Below are positions 23,601 to 38,600 of a DNA stretch of 64,000 nucleotides, one piece after another. Both the position numbers and the translations under genes were made by a program. The stretch is from Acanthaster planci (taxonomy: Eukaryota): NCBI RefSeq assembly GCF_001949145.1, contig NW_019091357.1, positions 124,001-188,000 on the forward strand, read 5' to 3'. The first letter of the stretch is position 1. Every line of letters begins with the position of its first letter. The notes below the pieces were generated by a model. The model was not told the DNA's origin and made no database searches. It saw only the letters and a program-made list of their open reading frames with translations.

Positions 23601-26600
23601 AAATTAGTTTGTTCACTTTTATCAACATCCAACAATGGAGGTGTGAAGTTTAGTTGTAAATAGAGCAGGTATCTGGTATGTTTGGTTAATAGCCTTAGTA
23701 GAGAAGAAGAAAACCTTCCACAGGATGAGGTTAAGAGTCAGTGGTGTCTTTTCACCTGGGATCGGTTTATGTACAGTCCCCCTGACAACCAGAAGCACTG
23801 GATGGACTTTAAGGCATCAAAACCACAATTTGAACTGAGTTTTTTCCCTCATTTTTAGAGGGGGAGGGTGGACTGAAGTGTCGTGCATACATTGTGACCA
23901 TTACAAGAGAGCCTGGTACAGCAGTAATATGGCTGTTCCTCTTCTGTGGTACAATTTGTTGCTGTTGCTAATGTTCCCCTCCGACCAGTTCTGATGTGCC
24001 AATAATTATTTCCGGAGATCCAAACTCCCCCTGGTTGGGTCTAATCCAACCCTCAGTGATTGACATCTAGGACGTGCTTGGTAGCCGGTGCCGGAATTAA
24101 TCAATTGTTTCCTCCCTTCGAACTTGCCGGAGGTGCATTTTGGGAAACACCCCACCAGTTGGCAAATGTTTCCATAAGCTTCAGTTGATAGATGTGAGAA
24201 AGTGACAACCTGTTATGTTACCTCAGTCCAGCAGGCAGCAGGTCTAGCAACATGTGCATGATTCAAAAGGACAAGAAAATTCCTGCAAAATAGTACTTGA
24301 AAATAAAACAACTATCATGAAATTAAACATTTTCATGCCTTGAAATTTTGTCTTAATCCAGACACTTGTTGCTTTACGTAGCCTACCTGTTTTTTTGTGA
24401 GTGGGCTATTTGAGTAGTTCCCTGATCTTTTTGACTTAAACACATACACATAGTAGGCCAAAATTTGAAATAAAGATGCCCTTCAGTTTGGAGAGGCTAA
24501 ACATAGCACATGGAAATGTACATGGAAATGTATGTCACATTGTTAGTACTAAGGGCAAATTACTAGCAAGTTTCTCTCTTTCCCGGAAAGATTTTAGTTG
24601 TTATGTAAGCAACTATATAACTTTGCCATCCAAAATTTGAATCTGAAGACTATACATCTTTGCCTTTATTGTTAATGCACAATGGAAAATATCCACTTAC
24701 CTCACTGCAGTCCCAATTCAACCTTAGGTAGAGGATTTTGACCTTTTTAAATCCTACAAAGTCTTCACCGACAGTCACTCCTACCCTCTGGGATTCTGGT
24801 GCTTAATGGACCTCACCAGTAAACCTATAGGTCTTTGGGGGGGGCATTGGGTGAGGACAATCTCTCCCACACTTGTGTAAAAAATTGAATGAATGTGGAG
24901 AATAAGTGACCAAAGTACAAAAATGCCTACAAAGCATGGAGCCAGATTTATGCTTGGAATAAAAGGAGTGACCTGGCAGTTTGACTCGGAATAGGCAAGG
25001 TCTTTTGATCATCCATAGTTAAACTTCAATATGACATTATTGCCCAGGAATGTTCTTATTGAACTATTTCTCACTGGATTAAATGAAATAATTGGTTGGC
25101 ATTATATGGAGAAATTGTCTGGAAAATAGTATTACTCAATTAATTTAATTGCAAGTCTATGTACAGCTATTATATTTTTGAATTATGAAGTCTTGCAGGT
25201 TTGAGTTGTGCTGTTCAATTGTTCTTTTTGATTTAAAAGAACAGAAGCCTCCAGCCATTTCGTAAATGAAAAGTTGATGTTCTGTGAATTAAAAAAAGGG
25301 GAACTAAAATTCACTGAAATGTTCTACAAAGACATTACAAATTGATGAGCCATCAGAATTAGTGAAGGAAAAATAAAAACTATTTGAATTTTCTTCATTG
25401 ATGATGCCGGCCTCTGGGTAGGGCCTCTGGGTTGGCTACCCGGTGTGGCCGCTGATTGTAAGATGTCCAAATCTCTGTTTGCCAAGAACCTTTTCCATTT
25501 TGTTGCCTCATCAATGGAGGTTGTTTGCTGAGCTTAACCAAGCAGACAGCTAGGATATCTGTGTCAATATGACTGGTGTTAGTGCATTTGTGGTCTGTCA
25601 TTTGAATTGGAGGAAGTGCTGGCATCATCCTGCAAGGGCATTTAAGAAATCAAAACACTGTAAGGTGGTCCTCTGTTAGTCTTGGAGACAATTAAAAACT
25701 CCATTTTCCAGCCCACCCTGAAAAATAGATACATGTCCAGCCAGGTACATGTATCTTGGAGGAAATTAATGAACAAGAGCTCTAGACATTTAGGTCTATA
25801 ATGCATACTGAAATTTTGTGCCACGGCTTAGTAAAAAAAGACTTGGAGATGAATAATTACGTGTATCTCTCTTTGTAACTTAGAAACTTTTTATGTAAAA
25901 TGCCCAAGGTATGTATTTAAAGTAATGGCTTACCGCTGCCATTCGAGGTGCAGTAGGGTTGTTTGCTTGGATCTGTTGAACCTTCCTTGGCTCTTGAGAT
26001 AGTCTTAATGTAAGTAGTTAAAGCACCCCACTAATGAAGATCCTGTTAGCAGATTGGTGACATGGGATTATCATCACACCTTAGGTGTTTGCCGCAGAGA
26101 TGCTTTTCAATAACTGTCTTTTGTATTAGTCCAATGAATAATAATAGAGGTGTTCCAGGGTAATTCGTAGTTAGAAATCACAAAAGGACCAGAGTATATT
26201 TCTTAGCAGCTTGTGGTTTCAATACAGAGCCATGTTAATCCAAAAGCCCTACTTGCTCTGTGTTCATGTACTTAATTTAGCAGGTGTGACATGACAAGAT
26301 TAAAAGGTACATGTACCTTGATTAGGCCATGGTTAGAAACTTATTTCACTGTTCTACTTTTAAGGCAATTTATTTCCCATGAAATCTTAAGTGCTTATTT
26401 TTTTCTAAGTTGATTTTGTATTTTCAAAAGAAAAGACATCAATATTTCTAGCGGCTTTCCATTTGGGGAATATCTTTAAATATTTTTGAAGTAACTTGGT
26501 TATGGATAAAGGCTAGAAGAAAAGGGTGATTGCTGTGCTTTTTATAGAATTCAGAAGTCATTATAATCAATCAGTTTCATCAGAGACATTTTGTTGTCAG

Positions 26601-29600
26601 CACTGGTTCTCAATTCAGTTGTAATCTTGTGTCCTACAGCAACATTTTACACAAAGCGTTAGATTGATAATTGATTTTTCTGTCACTTGTGGAAACCCTT
26701 GGACATTCTTACTTTCCTCTCACTGACCAACTGTTGTCGTTTCTCATTGTTCTCAAACAATGAGAAGATCCACTTCTTTTTTCTTGCCTTATTGTCCTTG
26801 TGCCTTGTGGGTCCAACATTCTCCACGTAATTGACCTGTTTCATTTCCTTTGATGATGATGGATTATTGATGAAGTAGACAAGAGCTGAGTTTGCTACAG
26901 TCACTGCACTGGTCTTTTAATGGCACCATTTTTCTCTCCCTGTTTTTTCCCAATGGGGAGGGATTTAGTAAGATGTTACTTCATGTAATCACTCAGTGTG
27001 AGCAAGAATGTTTGCTTGTGATCACACACATCACCTGATATCCTTAATGTTTATTCATTTAGCCTCAGTGCAAGATATCCTTCTTGAAAAAATTGCAACT
27101 ACAAATGCAATATCAAAACTTTTGTTATCACTAAATCTTATGTTATGTCTGTAATGTTTGGGAAACCTCATGTACCTCACTATTAGCTTGTTAAAATGAT
27201 CTAACAATCCTGTTACTTAATGAGCTATTCAAAGCTATAAAGTTAAAGGCAAAGCATGGCCTCTTTCTGATACTTCTTTACAGTTAGCTAGACAGGTTCA
27301 TCCCTTGAGCTATTTTGTTAAGTCAGGCACTTTTTAGGAAAGTACAATACAATTGCTGGACAAATTACCGACTTATTCCAGTTTGATTTCCTCAGGTCCC
27401 ATATGGTAATTAGGACAACCTTGTATAATAATCTTCCATGATCAGCTAAATGGCCAGGATGTTTCCCACCAAACAAAAGGTGACCTCAGTCAGGATAACT
27501 GCAGTACAAGATTGTGAAGGATAAGTCGTCAAATGATCACATTCTCTCCAAGATTACGTTACGAAATTTCTCACACAATATACACTGAAATATTTACAAT
27601 TATATTGCAACAATGTGGCTAGTTGGACTAAATGAAACATGCGTTGGTATGATTTGAAGAATTAAGCACTGCTACCAAAATGTTAGGGACATTAATGCCA
27701 TGTAGGATGGTCTAGGTATCTTTATCCATCCTTGTAGTTTCACTTTGTACAACTTCCTTGTCTTGTTCTTACTTGTTAAACTTTCAGAGAAGCATTTAAT
27801 AGCATGGACTTATACACCTGGCAATAGAATTGAACTTAACCACGGCAGTTCTATTTGTCATTTAATTTATAACTAATGGAGGGTTAGGAGTCTGTGTATT
27901 AATTGCGCTTTTATCATACTGATAATTTTTACATATATTTGAATAATTGCATGTGACTAGGAAGTTTGAGTTTTTTTACCATAAAATAGCACAGGCAATG
28001 CTTATTCAACATGCTCTGCAAAAAATACTTTTCATCATGTATCTTTAAATAAATTTAAGATTGTTAAATTTTGCAGGTGCACAGAGTATGCATGTTTGTA
28101 TACTTGTATACTCTCGAAGTTTTCACACTCAGCTCTGTTGAACTGATTGGCATTCGTACAAAAGTCTTTCTGTAAAAAAGGCTCAATTGCAACATTAAGT
28201 AGTGCCTCCAGCCCAGATAGATTCATTTCACAGGTGCTTACAGACTGTAAACTGATACATGTAACAGTGTCATGTCTTGAAAGGACCTCTAAATTGTTCC
28301 TTCAGAAAATACAAATGTTGCAGATTAGAGTAGGGGAATTTTCAAGACTGGCAATCCGTCCCCTCCAGTCACAACTTAGCTGTCATTGAGTTGGAAAGTG
28401 TTACTGATGTGGCTAAAATGGTCAAGAGTTCAGGCACAGATTTCGTGAAATTATTTTGTATGTGTTATCAATCCACAGGGAAACTAAACAGAAAGAATTG
28501 TTATAATTAAAAAGACCAACCTGTATGCACTTCAAAAATGCTAAAAATGTGGGATTTTACATGCGATTTGACAAGTTCTAATCATCAGTGTGGATTTTTC
28601 TGTGAACTCTCAGATGTGTGGACCATAACTTTACAGTACTGCTACACTTAACCAGCCTTCATGTACTCAAAGTAAACTTTTATGTGTGACTCTTTTATCT
28701 AGATATTGATTAACTGCTCAGAGTATTGATTGGTTGACACTGTTGAAGAAGCCTGAAGCCCGAGGCATCCAGCATTGCCAGTTCTTGTTGTGTGGCACAT
28801 TTGATGGGGTCTTAAAAATTCTTTTAAATGCAAGAGTGAAGACACAGAAAAATCAATAGTGGTCGGTTGTTAACCATCGTTGCAAAAAGCACTTGGAAGA
28901 TGCTGATTACTTTCATCTGACCAAATCAATGTTTGCATCATCTTAAGTCTTTGGAATTTCCTCTGCTATGTCAGTTCTGTAACAAAATGATTCATTATTT
29001 TGGTAATTACTTCATGCCTGTATTTTATTGGAGCAATATTTCTTATGAAAGAATCTTTTTAATAAATCTTAGAGTAAACCCTGATATTCCATGTCCTTGA
29101 TTGTTTTTGTCAGATGAAAGAACAGGAAACCTGGGCCAAGGTTTTCAGAAATATTCAAAGACTTATTAGGCCTACCATTTTTAGTTGTCAGTTACTTCCT
29201 GTTAACAACACACCGATAATCAGTATTTGCCATTGTAGGAATAAAAATTCTTTGTCAGGTTATAAGTAGGAAATAGCAAAAAAATCTAGGCAGAGTATAC
29301 TCTGTTATGATCAGTTTAGAAAGTCAAACAACCACTTCTATTCCTTTCCTGGGGGCTTTGGACTTTTTCTTTGTGTTGAACAAATGGACCAAGTAAAAGA
29401 TGACAAACAAATAAATGGATTGGGTCAGAAACCGGAAATATTGAGCTATTATGAAGATCTCAAGGTGGCTTCCAGTTAAAAATCAGTGTTGCATGGCTTT
29501 GCCCAGACATTGAGGATAGAAGGAAAATATCCATTGATATTTCAGGTGATGGGGCAAAAGGAATGGGTTTTCAAAAAACGGTATCAGTATTGATTCTATT

Positions 29601-32600
29601 TTGTGCTTGCACAGGTATTATTTTAATTTTTTGGTCTATATTCTACATGAAGTTCCTGAGTCAAGTACAGAGCTTTTACTTGCAGCAGCATGTCTGTTCT
29701 ATTAAAGTTCCTTCCATTTCCTTCCAATCCATTGACCAGTTGTTGACATCAAAATCTGGCAAGAGGCTAACTCTATCAGTTGTCACCCTTATATGTGTTG
29801 TAAACCTGTCTGATGCAATGCTCTAGACTGTTTTGATGACACACCACAAACGTCATAACTCACAATTTAGCCATGGTGTTGACATTGACTTCACTGAAAT
29901 GTTCCTGCTGTCCCCATCAAGACTGAATTCCTATGGTTGAGTTTTAAAAAGAGTGTTTCCATGTCTTTTGTATTAAAATCCAGTGTCCAGCAGCTTGCAC
30001 ACAAAAGACTACCTTTATTAACTATTTTTTCAATGCCATCTTCTTGTAGAGTGCCTTAATCATCAGTGTACCCATATCTTTCCTGATCACAGTTTTGAAT
30101 CTGTACCGGTTTTTCCCCCTCTTTTTAAACTGTTTTCTTTTTTCGCTTTTTGATTTTTTACTGGATTTTAAATGTAAAATGTCTGCTATTTTTTTAAGAA
30201 TGAGGAATCTTTTTCTGTGGATGACTCTGATATATTTGTATATATGTGTATTTGTGGTAATGTTTATGTCACGATCTTGATGTACTTCTTTTTGTTTTTT
30301 AATGACGACCCCAAATGATCAGCTCCTGCTGGATGGGTTACCCTCAATAAAGATGGTTTAAATATAATAAAATAAAGTGACCATAAAGCCGGTTGGATTT
30401 TCTTTCATTATACTTAGTTTGCTGAAAAAGATTAATGGCTCTGCAGTGGGTTCGCTGAACCACATATTTCATTCGTGACTTTTAGAGAAACTGAATGTTT
30501 AATTGGTTCCACCTTGCCATCATCAAAAAGCCTGCTTTCTTTTCAGATACACCCTATTTTGAATTTCAATAAACCAACCCTATAGTGAATTCTTACATTT
30601 TATGAATGTGCCAAAACCTGTTCTATTTTTTTCATGATATTGAGAACTTCACGTGGGGTCAGTTAGCTGAGGGTTTGCAAATGGAAACCTTTTCTTCTGC
30701 TTTTGGATAAAGGAGGGACAACCCCCAGGGCGACCTCATTCCCAGGGTACTAGGTTCACCTGACCCTGCAGGTCTGTTTATTGCAACCTTGAAACTACAA
30801 ATAAATCATTTCTGCTCAGAGACTAGGAAAATGTGCATTTTCAGATTTCTTTTCACTTTATCTAATCCGAGTAATCGTTTAGTTGCATAGGTTATTCCAA
30901 ACTGTTAAATTTTTGGGTATTTGGATACCTAAGAAGACAATTGTATTTCATAACTTGGATCTGTTGGAAAAATAAGAGGACATTAAATTTGCTAATAGCA
31001 TTTATGTTTGTCACCCTGTATTTTGTTAAAAGAAATTTTGAGAAGAACAGCACATGCATGTATGGTAACACATACTAAAGAAGTACATTTGCTTCTGAAG
31101 AAATTGCCACTGCACAGAAAATGAAGGAAAGCAAGAAGTTTTAACAAAACCCCAACAGCTGGTTGCAATTTTTCATGCGCTTCATTCTTATTTCAACTTC
31201 ATGTATCTCATGAAGCAGAACCTGTTCTGCTTTCAATACACGAATTGGAAGCACTAAGTCTGGCTATTTCATACCTGCTAAGTCATAAATTACTTCCATT
31301 TTCTGACATAAGATACCTTTGATTTATCCTATCCCTCAACTTGCAATTTTACAAAGATCTTGATCATTGTATACCCTTGTGGTTGTACTATAAATTCCAC
31401 CACCTACAGACTTATCTGCATTTAGCTCTTGGGAAAATAAAATTTCAGCAGTCATCAATCTTGGCTGACTGGGTAGTCTGTTTTATGGGTTACTTTTTCC
31501 ACACGTTTGCACATGTGAGCGTTCATTTCAAGTTTACCCTAAAACTCGAAATGAACCCTCAACTGTGATACTGGTACATGTACATGAAGAGTAGATCTGT
31601 CTGACGAAGGAGTTTGATCATCAAATACACAGCAAGGGTATCTAATGAGAAATCTTGAACAGGTTTACAAGTTAGCCGCCCCGAGCTGAAGTGCACTCCC
31701 AATCAGGAAAAGAGACAGGTGGTTACAAGTAGGTTCTTGCCCGCGTTCTGCGTGTACACAAAGACCATACAAGCCGGAATAAATTAGTTACGCGTACTCG
31801 GCGTGCTCCATGTCAAACATGCATATATGATACTTGCGCACCTAATGGCGCACCTATGTGGTGAGAACCAAAAAAAAAAAAAAATGCCCTCTTTTGTTCC
31901 ACTTGGAGCAGATAATACATGTAGCTGGGGATTGGAGCTGCTGGGATTCGATGGCAGTTCCATGTGAATTGATGACATGATTTACGAGTTAACTTAAATA
32001 CTTACAAGTTAATACATATAAGTAAAGATGACAATGAAGTCTCTGAAATGCACTGAAGGCTGTAGGATTCAGGTTTTGTGGGCTTAATTCTATTTATTCA
32101 CCAGGAATTTAATACCTAATCAGCTTATCGCAATTTAAAGAAAGCTCAGCACCTTTTAGAGTCATTAGCAGCTAGTGTGGTTGCTAGGTAACCTTTCATC
32201 TACATGTACATGTATATGTAAGTTTCATTATTAGGAATATTGTACATTGTAAATGATGCAACAGTGTAGCACACAACAGGAATAACCAACTATCAACAAG
32301 TTTGGGTGAATTTATTCTCTCTCCTTAAATATGGTCTTTGTTTTGACATTGAGCGTGTATAATATTGATGATTTTTGTTACCATCTGGGTGAACATGTAC
32401 ATGTTTATCCATGCCCTTTTCCCAAGTATTCAGTTTGCTGGCATTTTTGGTCAGAAATTAGTTTCTACATCAAGTCTCTAATATGACTTTAATTTCCTTT
32501 AAAATAACTGGATGTTAAATATGAATATAAAGTCCCGGTTAAAATTTCCTGGTAAGTTTCTCCTAATTCAGAAATCACAACTTAAAAAAGAGTCTTCTTT

Positions 32601-35600
32601 GAAGTTGAATGCCTTCAATAAAATACATGTATATAGGTTTGCTCTTTTCATTGGTTGTGTCAATTTTTTTCTCGCCCACTGGGTCAACTTCCTATATATG
32701 AATCAATCATATATGCAGCAATTGTATGAGACCTCTGTTTTCCCTGCAGGTGTTATACACCTGCTCATTAGGATATGCAGCACCTTGAGCAAACTCATAT
32801 GCCAACTTTGTTTGAGCCAAAGAAACAAAGGCAGACATTTTCAGCCAACAGGAAGCCTGGCACCATGGACCCTCTACTTTGACTGAGTAGAAGGTCCATA
32901 CTGGCACCATCTCCTGCTATGCCTGCAGAACATTCATCAGTGGTTCCTTATGTTCAGTTTAGGGGTTGGCCAGGGGTTAGAGTAGGTATCTCATGGTTGG
33001 CAAGGTTTGTGCCTCTAAAATACTTTGAGAAAGAATTACTCCAGTAGAAACTCAAGTAAAATTTGAGTTTATTGTATTGCATATTTTTTCTTTTAATTGT
33101 CCTGTCACTAATTTCAGATGGCTGGGATAAATTTCAGTCTTTGGAATTTAAGAAGTTTGCACCATCCTTGAAACATGCCTTGCCCTACACTATGTTCTAA
33201 TTATTTAAATCTCCAGAGAGTCTGTTTATATGACAAGTTTGTTTTGTTTCAGAATCTAAAATAATGCGAGCCACATGTACAAGTTGAAGCCCGCATTTTA
33301 ATCAGGCTGCAGTCCTACATGTATCTAGATGTAAATATAAAGGAGGCTGTCAAGGTTCATTTTGAAAAAAAATCTTGGTAATTGTAGGGCACCATTACAG
33401 TATGCCCTGGTCCCAACATTTGGTTTTGTTTATCTTCCACTTGTTCTACACAAGTCCCAAGATGATGTTACAATGTCAGCCAAGTGAAAGGCAGACCTGC
33501 CCAGATTGGGTCCAGGGATAATGGAAGTTAGTGTTGGTTTAAAATGGAGCTAAGGTTACTGTCATGCTGAGTGGTCTCATGTGATTACTGTGTGGGTGGC
33601 ACAGAGAACCTGAGAGTTGTGATCCTATCTTAGGAATCTCAGGATTTCTGATTAGTATTTTCATTTGGTCAAAGCTGCATCATTGATCAACTTCTTCAGG
33701 GCTTCCTCTTCTTTCTTCAAGAAGTAATCAAATACACGGTGTAGATTTCTTACAAGAAACATATTATTTGGAGATTTTTATCATCAAATGGCTTGCTTTA
33801 ATGTAAATTTTGGGGTTATTGAAATTTGATTAAACTATATAGTATGAAGCTGTAAAATTAAATAAGTGACAAGCTAGCATTTTTGCACTACTAATTGAAT
33901 GAGTGGAATAGACTTATTTCGTTGTTTAACTCTCAAAGTACTACCTCATCATGGATGGATCCAGATGGCCAATGGGCCATGCCCCCTCCGGAAAAGAGCC
34001 CTTTTTATAAAAAATAATAAGAAAATGGCATTTTCTTAGTCTGTTTGCCTTCCCTCCCTCCCCAAAGCATGTAAAAACCCCCACATTTAGCCTCACCCTG
34101 CAGAAAGGCCATACTATATTACTTGAAAAGTATTCCAAACCTTTTGTCCCCCCAAACAAGCACCCCCCTCCTTTGGTTCTGTATCTTCCATAGTCCCTCA
34201 TCCTCAGATATTAGAATTCCAGGCCTCTCCCTGTGACTTATGAGAACAAGTCAAATGTTATGGGACTCTCTATAAATATGTCAAATCATTCAGTTACAAC
34301 CAGGGTCAGTCACTCAACAGTAGGACCCTTCAGTGTGACCACTCAGGACAGGTCATGAGACACTATAATTATTTAAGAGCACTTTTGATAACCAGCCTGT
34401 TTGTGTCAGAGCTAATGTACCCAAAAGCATTTCAAATTTCTTAGCCCTTCCTGCTTTGTACTCATATAAAATGATCTAGGTAAATAAATTAACTTGTAAG
34501 TGGTTTCTGAAATTACAGTAGAGGTTGGTTTGAATACATTGAGGAAGGTCAGTATTTCAAAGAGGTTCAGCCAGGGGCGGTTTAAAGATATTAGATAACA
34601 ATCACAAGGCAACTTGAAAGTTTAACAAAATCAAAGAAAGAGTGCTCTTGCAGAAGTTCTGGAAACCCAAGAATGAGAATTTACATACTAGAAAATTTGA
34701 TTTTAATGCTTGTAAAGAAAGATGGGTTCAAGTATTTCAGTATTTGGAACATTCCATTGGTTTTAATGTTCATTTTCAGAAAAATATTTTCTTGAAAATT
34801 TTGCACTTGCTAAAACAAATAGATAGAACAGTAATGAAATACAGATGACAACAATGTTTTTAAAGTTACCCGCCATCAGCAGGGGGGTGAACTTCTTTTC
34901 CAACAAGACAGAGCCGTATCTCATAGACTCTAACCATAAAAATCAGCAACTTGCACCATTTGGTTTGTTGTGTATATTTGCTTAACTGTTTGTGGGGGTC
35001 ATTCTGACCTCTTGAGGGGCGTTTCAGGACCAGGGCTGAGCTCCATGGCACCAGTGAGGTCATCAATCATGAGGGGGGGGAGAGGGAAAGGCCCTACACA
35101 AATTGTGAGTACACAATAATATGCTATGCTTTGCATTCGTTATTCTAGTTTCATCAAGATGAAAGTAATTTGAATTCATAGTATAATTTCAGTTTTTATA
35201 TTCTAGTTTTGACAATGCGTACACTTCGGTCAAGTTCGGGCGGCCTGTTCTTGACATGAGTTTCCTGCTCTCTCACTTGAAGGGAACACAACCCAAGAAC
35301 AATATTCTCAGAACAGGATCACACACACCACCTCCTCATCAGGGTTGTACAGGAACGTACGGAAAAACTCATGAGATTTGATTTTTTAACAGCTGCAAAA
35401 ACAAGCGAGATAGCTTACAAAGCCGGAGACAATGGAAATTTTGCAAATATAACATTAATAATTTTCAATAATACAGAAATGAATGTTTCTTTATAAATGG
35501 AAAAGAATTGGGCCAGTTATCCAAACATTAATACTCTCGAAAAACGCTGTCATGTTGCATGTTGCTTGGCACTAACTTGCAGTGATATCCAGTTGTATGT

Positions 35601-38600
35601 TCCCGGCATTCGAGCAGCCGATTTACCAACAACATATCGAACTGTTCGTGAACAGATGAAAACAAGCCACCTGAACTCAGCCTTTGTATTTAGTTTCCCC
35701 TCCGACATGATTTCACTCAGCAGCTTTGGAAGAGGAGCAAGGGGAGGGTCAGAAAAGGGAACACTTGGTGTCACAGTCTCCTGGATGTTACAGTGACTTT
35801 AGGGGAACAAGAAGTGAAGCATCAACCAGTCTGATTCCTGCCTACTCCATGCTCCATGCAGGATCCAGGAGCATCTTTTAGATTATATTCTGTTGTGCAG
35901 GTGCTGGGTAATTGGTTGTCCTGGTGGTGACCTCATCAGGCAAATTGAAAAGCCTCCTGGCAAAAAGTGCTTGCCAGACTCCACCAGTTACTCAGTAATC
36001 AATCTTTGCTCAACTTAGTACAGTGCAGTAGCCTTGGGAAACAATTATGCTTCAGATGTTCTTCCAAACTTACTAGATAGAGACCAAGTGTTCATCTTCT
36101 ATGGTGAAGATTAGTGATTGGTGTTGAATTTGGTTCAAGTGGTTTCTATATTTTAAGTAGAATGCTTGAATTTTTGACAAACATTATTTACTGAATAACA
36201 GCTCTACTGAACCAAACACTGCATCTCCCAGAGTCCTGGAGACTAAAACTGGGTATGAGATATATCAATCATCAGCCTTCTTGTGGGCAGAATTGGGAGC
36301 ATTTGGGCAAGAGACATCACCTTTGAGGTTGTAACTGGTTTAGAGGTCAACTTAGTCCATAAAGAACCGGCTAGTTTAATTAATATGGGCAGAGCTGTTT
36401 TGGATGTAGCCTTGCAATTGCCTTTTTGGTAGGAATGCTGCACAATGAATGTTGTGATGGGACCATCTTGATGTGTACAAGGTTGGGTTTTAATCTGGGT
36501 TACAAAAGGTAGTGGTTCTGGTATCATGCATGGATCTTTGGTAGCCAGAATGAAAGGAGGGATTGATGTGAGTGGGAGGGTTCAGCTTAGATGGAGGCAG
36601 GCACCAGGCATGTACATGTATGTACTCTATTGCCATTTCTAAAAATGTAGAGCTGTGTTAACAAGAGAAAAAGACTTCTCCCTTCTTCTGGCATTCTGGT
36701 GTCTCCTTGCTTCCTACTGAAAAGAAATCTGTTTGACATTGATGCAGTATTTGACTGGAATAAATACCTGGTAGGCCACCATGTTTGTCACTTGTTGACC
36801 CAGGTCATTCTGTAGGGGCTGATATCCCTTAATTGATTGATAGACTGACAGATTATGGATCCAGGGGTCGTTTTCTTGTGACTCTGAAAAAATGGACATG
36901 ATCTTGCCAGCAAAATTACTTGCAGTTTGACATTAAATGGGACTGGTTGGCTTTTATTTCATTGTAAAATTTTAAGGTGGCATTGTTTCTTGGGATTGGT
37001 TTGTTCTAGGTAATGAAATAAGGCTTTTCGTCACTCCTTCCCAATCGATTCCAGATATGTACTTGATCCAGAACATTGCACTTTGTAAAGTTTGTAATTT
37101 GACTGTAGGAACAATAAACTTTGTTCCCAAAACAAAATATACAGTAGTATGGGAGAGTTAGCAGGTGACACCCCCAACCCAATGACCTTGCAAAATGTTG
37201 CTGATATACAGGACCACTGCATCAATATAATAAATTGGATGATTTATTGGAGGGGTTGTGTTTGAAACAGGTGGTTCTGCATCCTGACATTTCCTGCAGA
37301 TTTCTGGGGGGATGATGTTAGGATCCTTCAGGGCATTCCCAAGAGCCTTTTGAACCCTTGGGATTATTCTATTACTGGTTTGTGTAGTGGCCTTGTCTAG
37401 AATGATGAAGAGGGATGGGGTAGCTTTAACATGCATCATAGGGCACGAAGGTACCGGTACATGTTTGTAGACAGGTTTGGGAAAGAAAGAGAAATGTGAA
37501 ACAAATGGTGTGAAGTTTGTGCATGTTCAAGTTGCTTATCTCATTTTGCCTGTCCTTTTTGGATCAGCCAGTCAGGCATCCAGTGTCGTAAAAAGGTTAT
37601 GAGGTGGTTTACTGCCAGAATAACTAATGAAGTTGAAACATAACTCTTTCATCAACACCGTGAATCTGTAAATCCAGTACAATTGTCAACAATCTTTGTG
37701 TAACTGAACACTTCTTCAAACTATCCTTGAACTACATTCTTTTCAACACAGATAGACCTATAGAATCTTGACCATGAGAGTTATTGACAAAGTATGAAAT
37801 TTGGGTAACTACAACCAGTATAAGTGATCACTGAGTTATTTACAGCACTTCTGTGGTACAAAAGTATCAGGTATTCATTCATTGCCTTTCGGCAGTCATT
37901 GCGACAGGAATCTATAAAATGCAACTGTCAAATTTCAAGGCTTCAATTTCAGTCATTGACAGATATGGATGTGGCTTGTGTCCCCAGAGGGATCTGTTCA
38001 AGTCACCTATGGACCAACATTCAAAAAGAATTGTGGGTAGGGAATTGTTGGTATGGATATGGTCATTGAAAACACTCTCCCATAAGGCTTTCATTCCTTC
38101 ATACCTCTGTGTAAATATTCAGGGAACTAAACTTAAGAATCTGTTTTCACAAAGGAGGCTAATATCGGACTGTGAGATGCAGCGCTCACAAAAATTTCCT
38201 AAATACCAAAATCAACTTTGTGGGTTTGCTTCAGTTTGATGGATTCAGAACAAGAGAGAGAGTACATTGTATGCATCTTTGTTCATATGTGGCACTATGG
38301 CACAGAGCATACATAAGTCATTTTGCAAATGAGCCTATTAACAAGTGCGGATAGATGGGTACTTGGTGCACAGAGGGAGTGGCATTTAAACCACAGAGTG
38401 GAAAATTTAAATTGATTGAATTCAGATACCTTTGCAAAAATGCCAGTCATTTGACACGTATGGGCACAGGCAGTTTCACAAGTTAATGTCTGACATATCT
38501 TTGCACACTACAGCTGTGTATCCCACTATCTCCACATTGACTGTAGAAAGAAATATGACTTACTGGCAAAACTGTGGTGTGATCACACACACAGATTTTT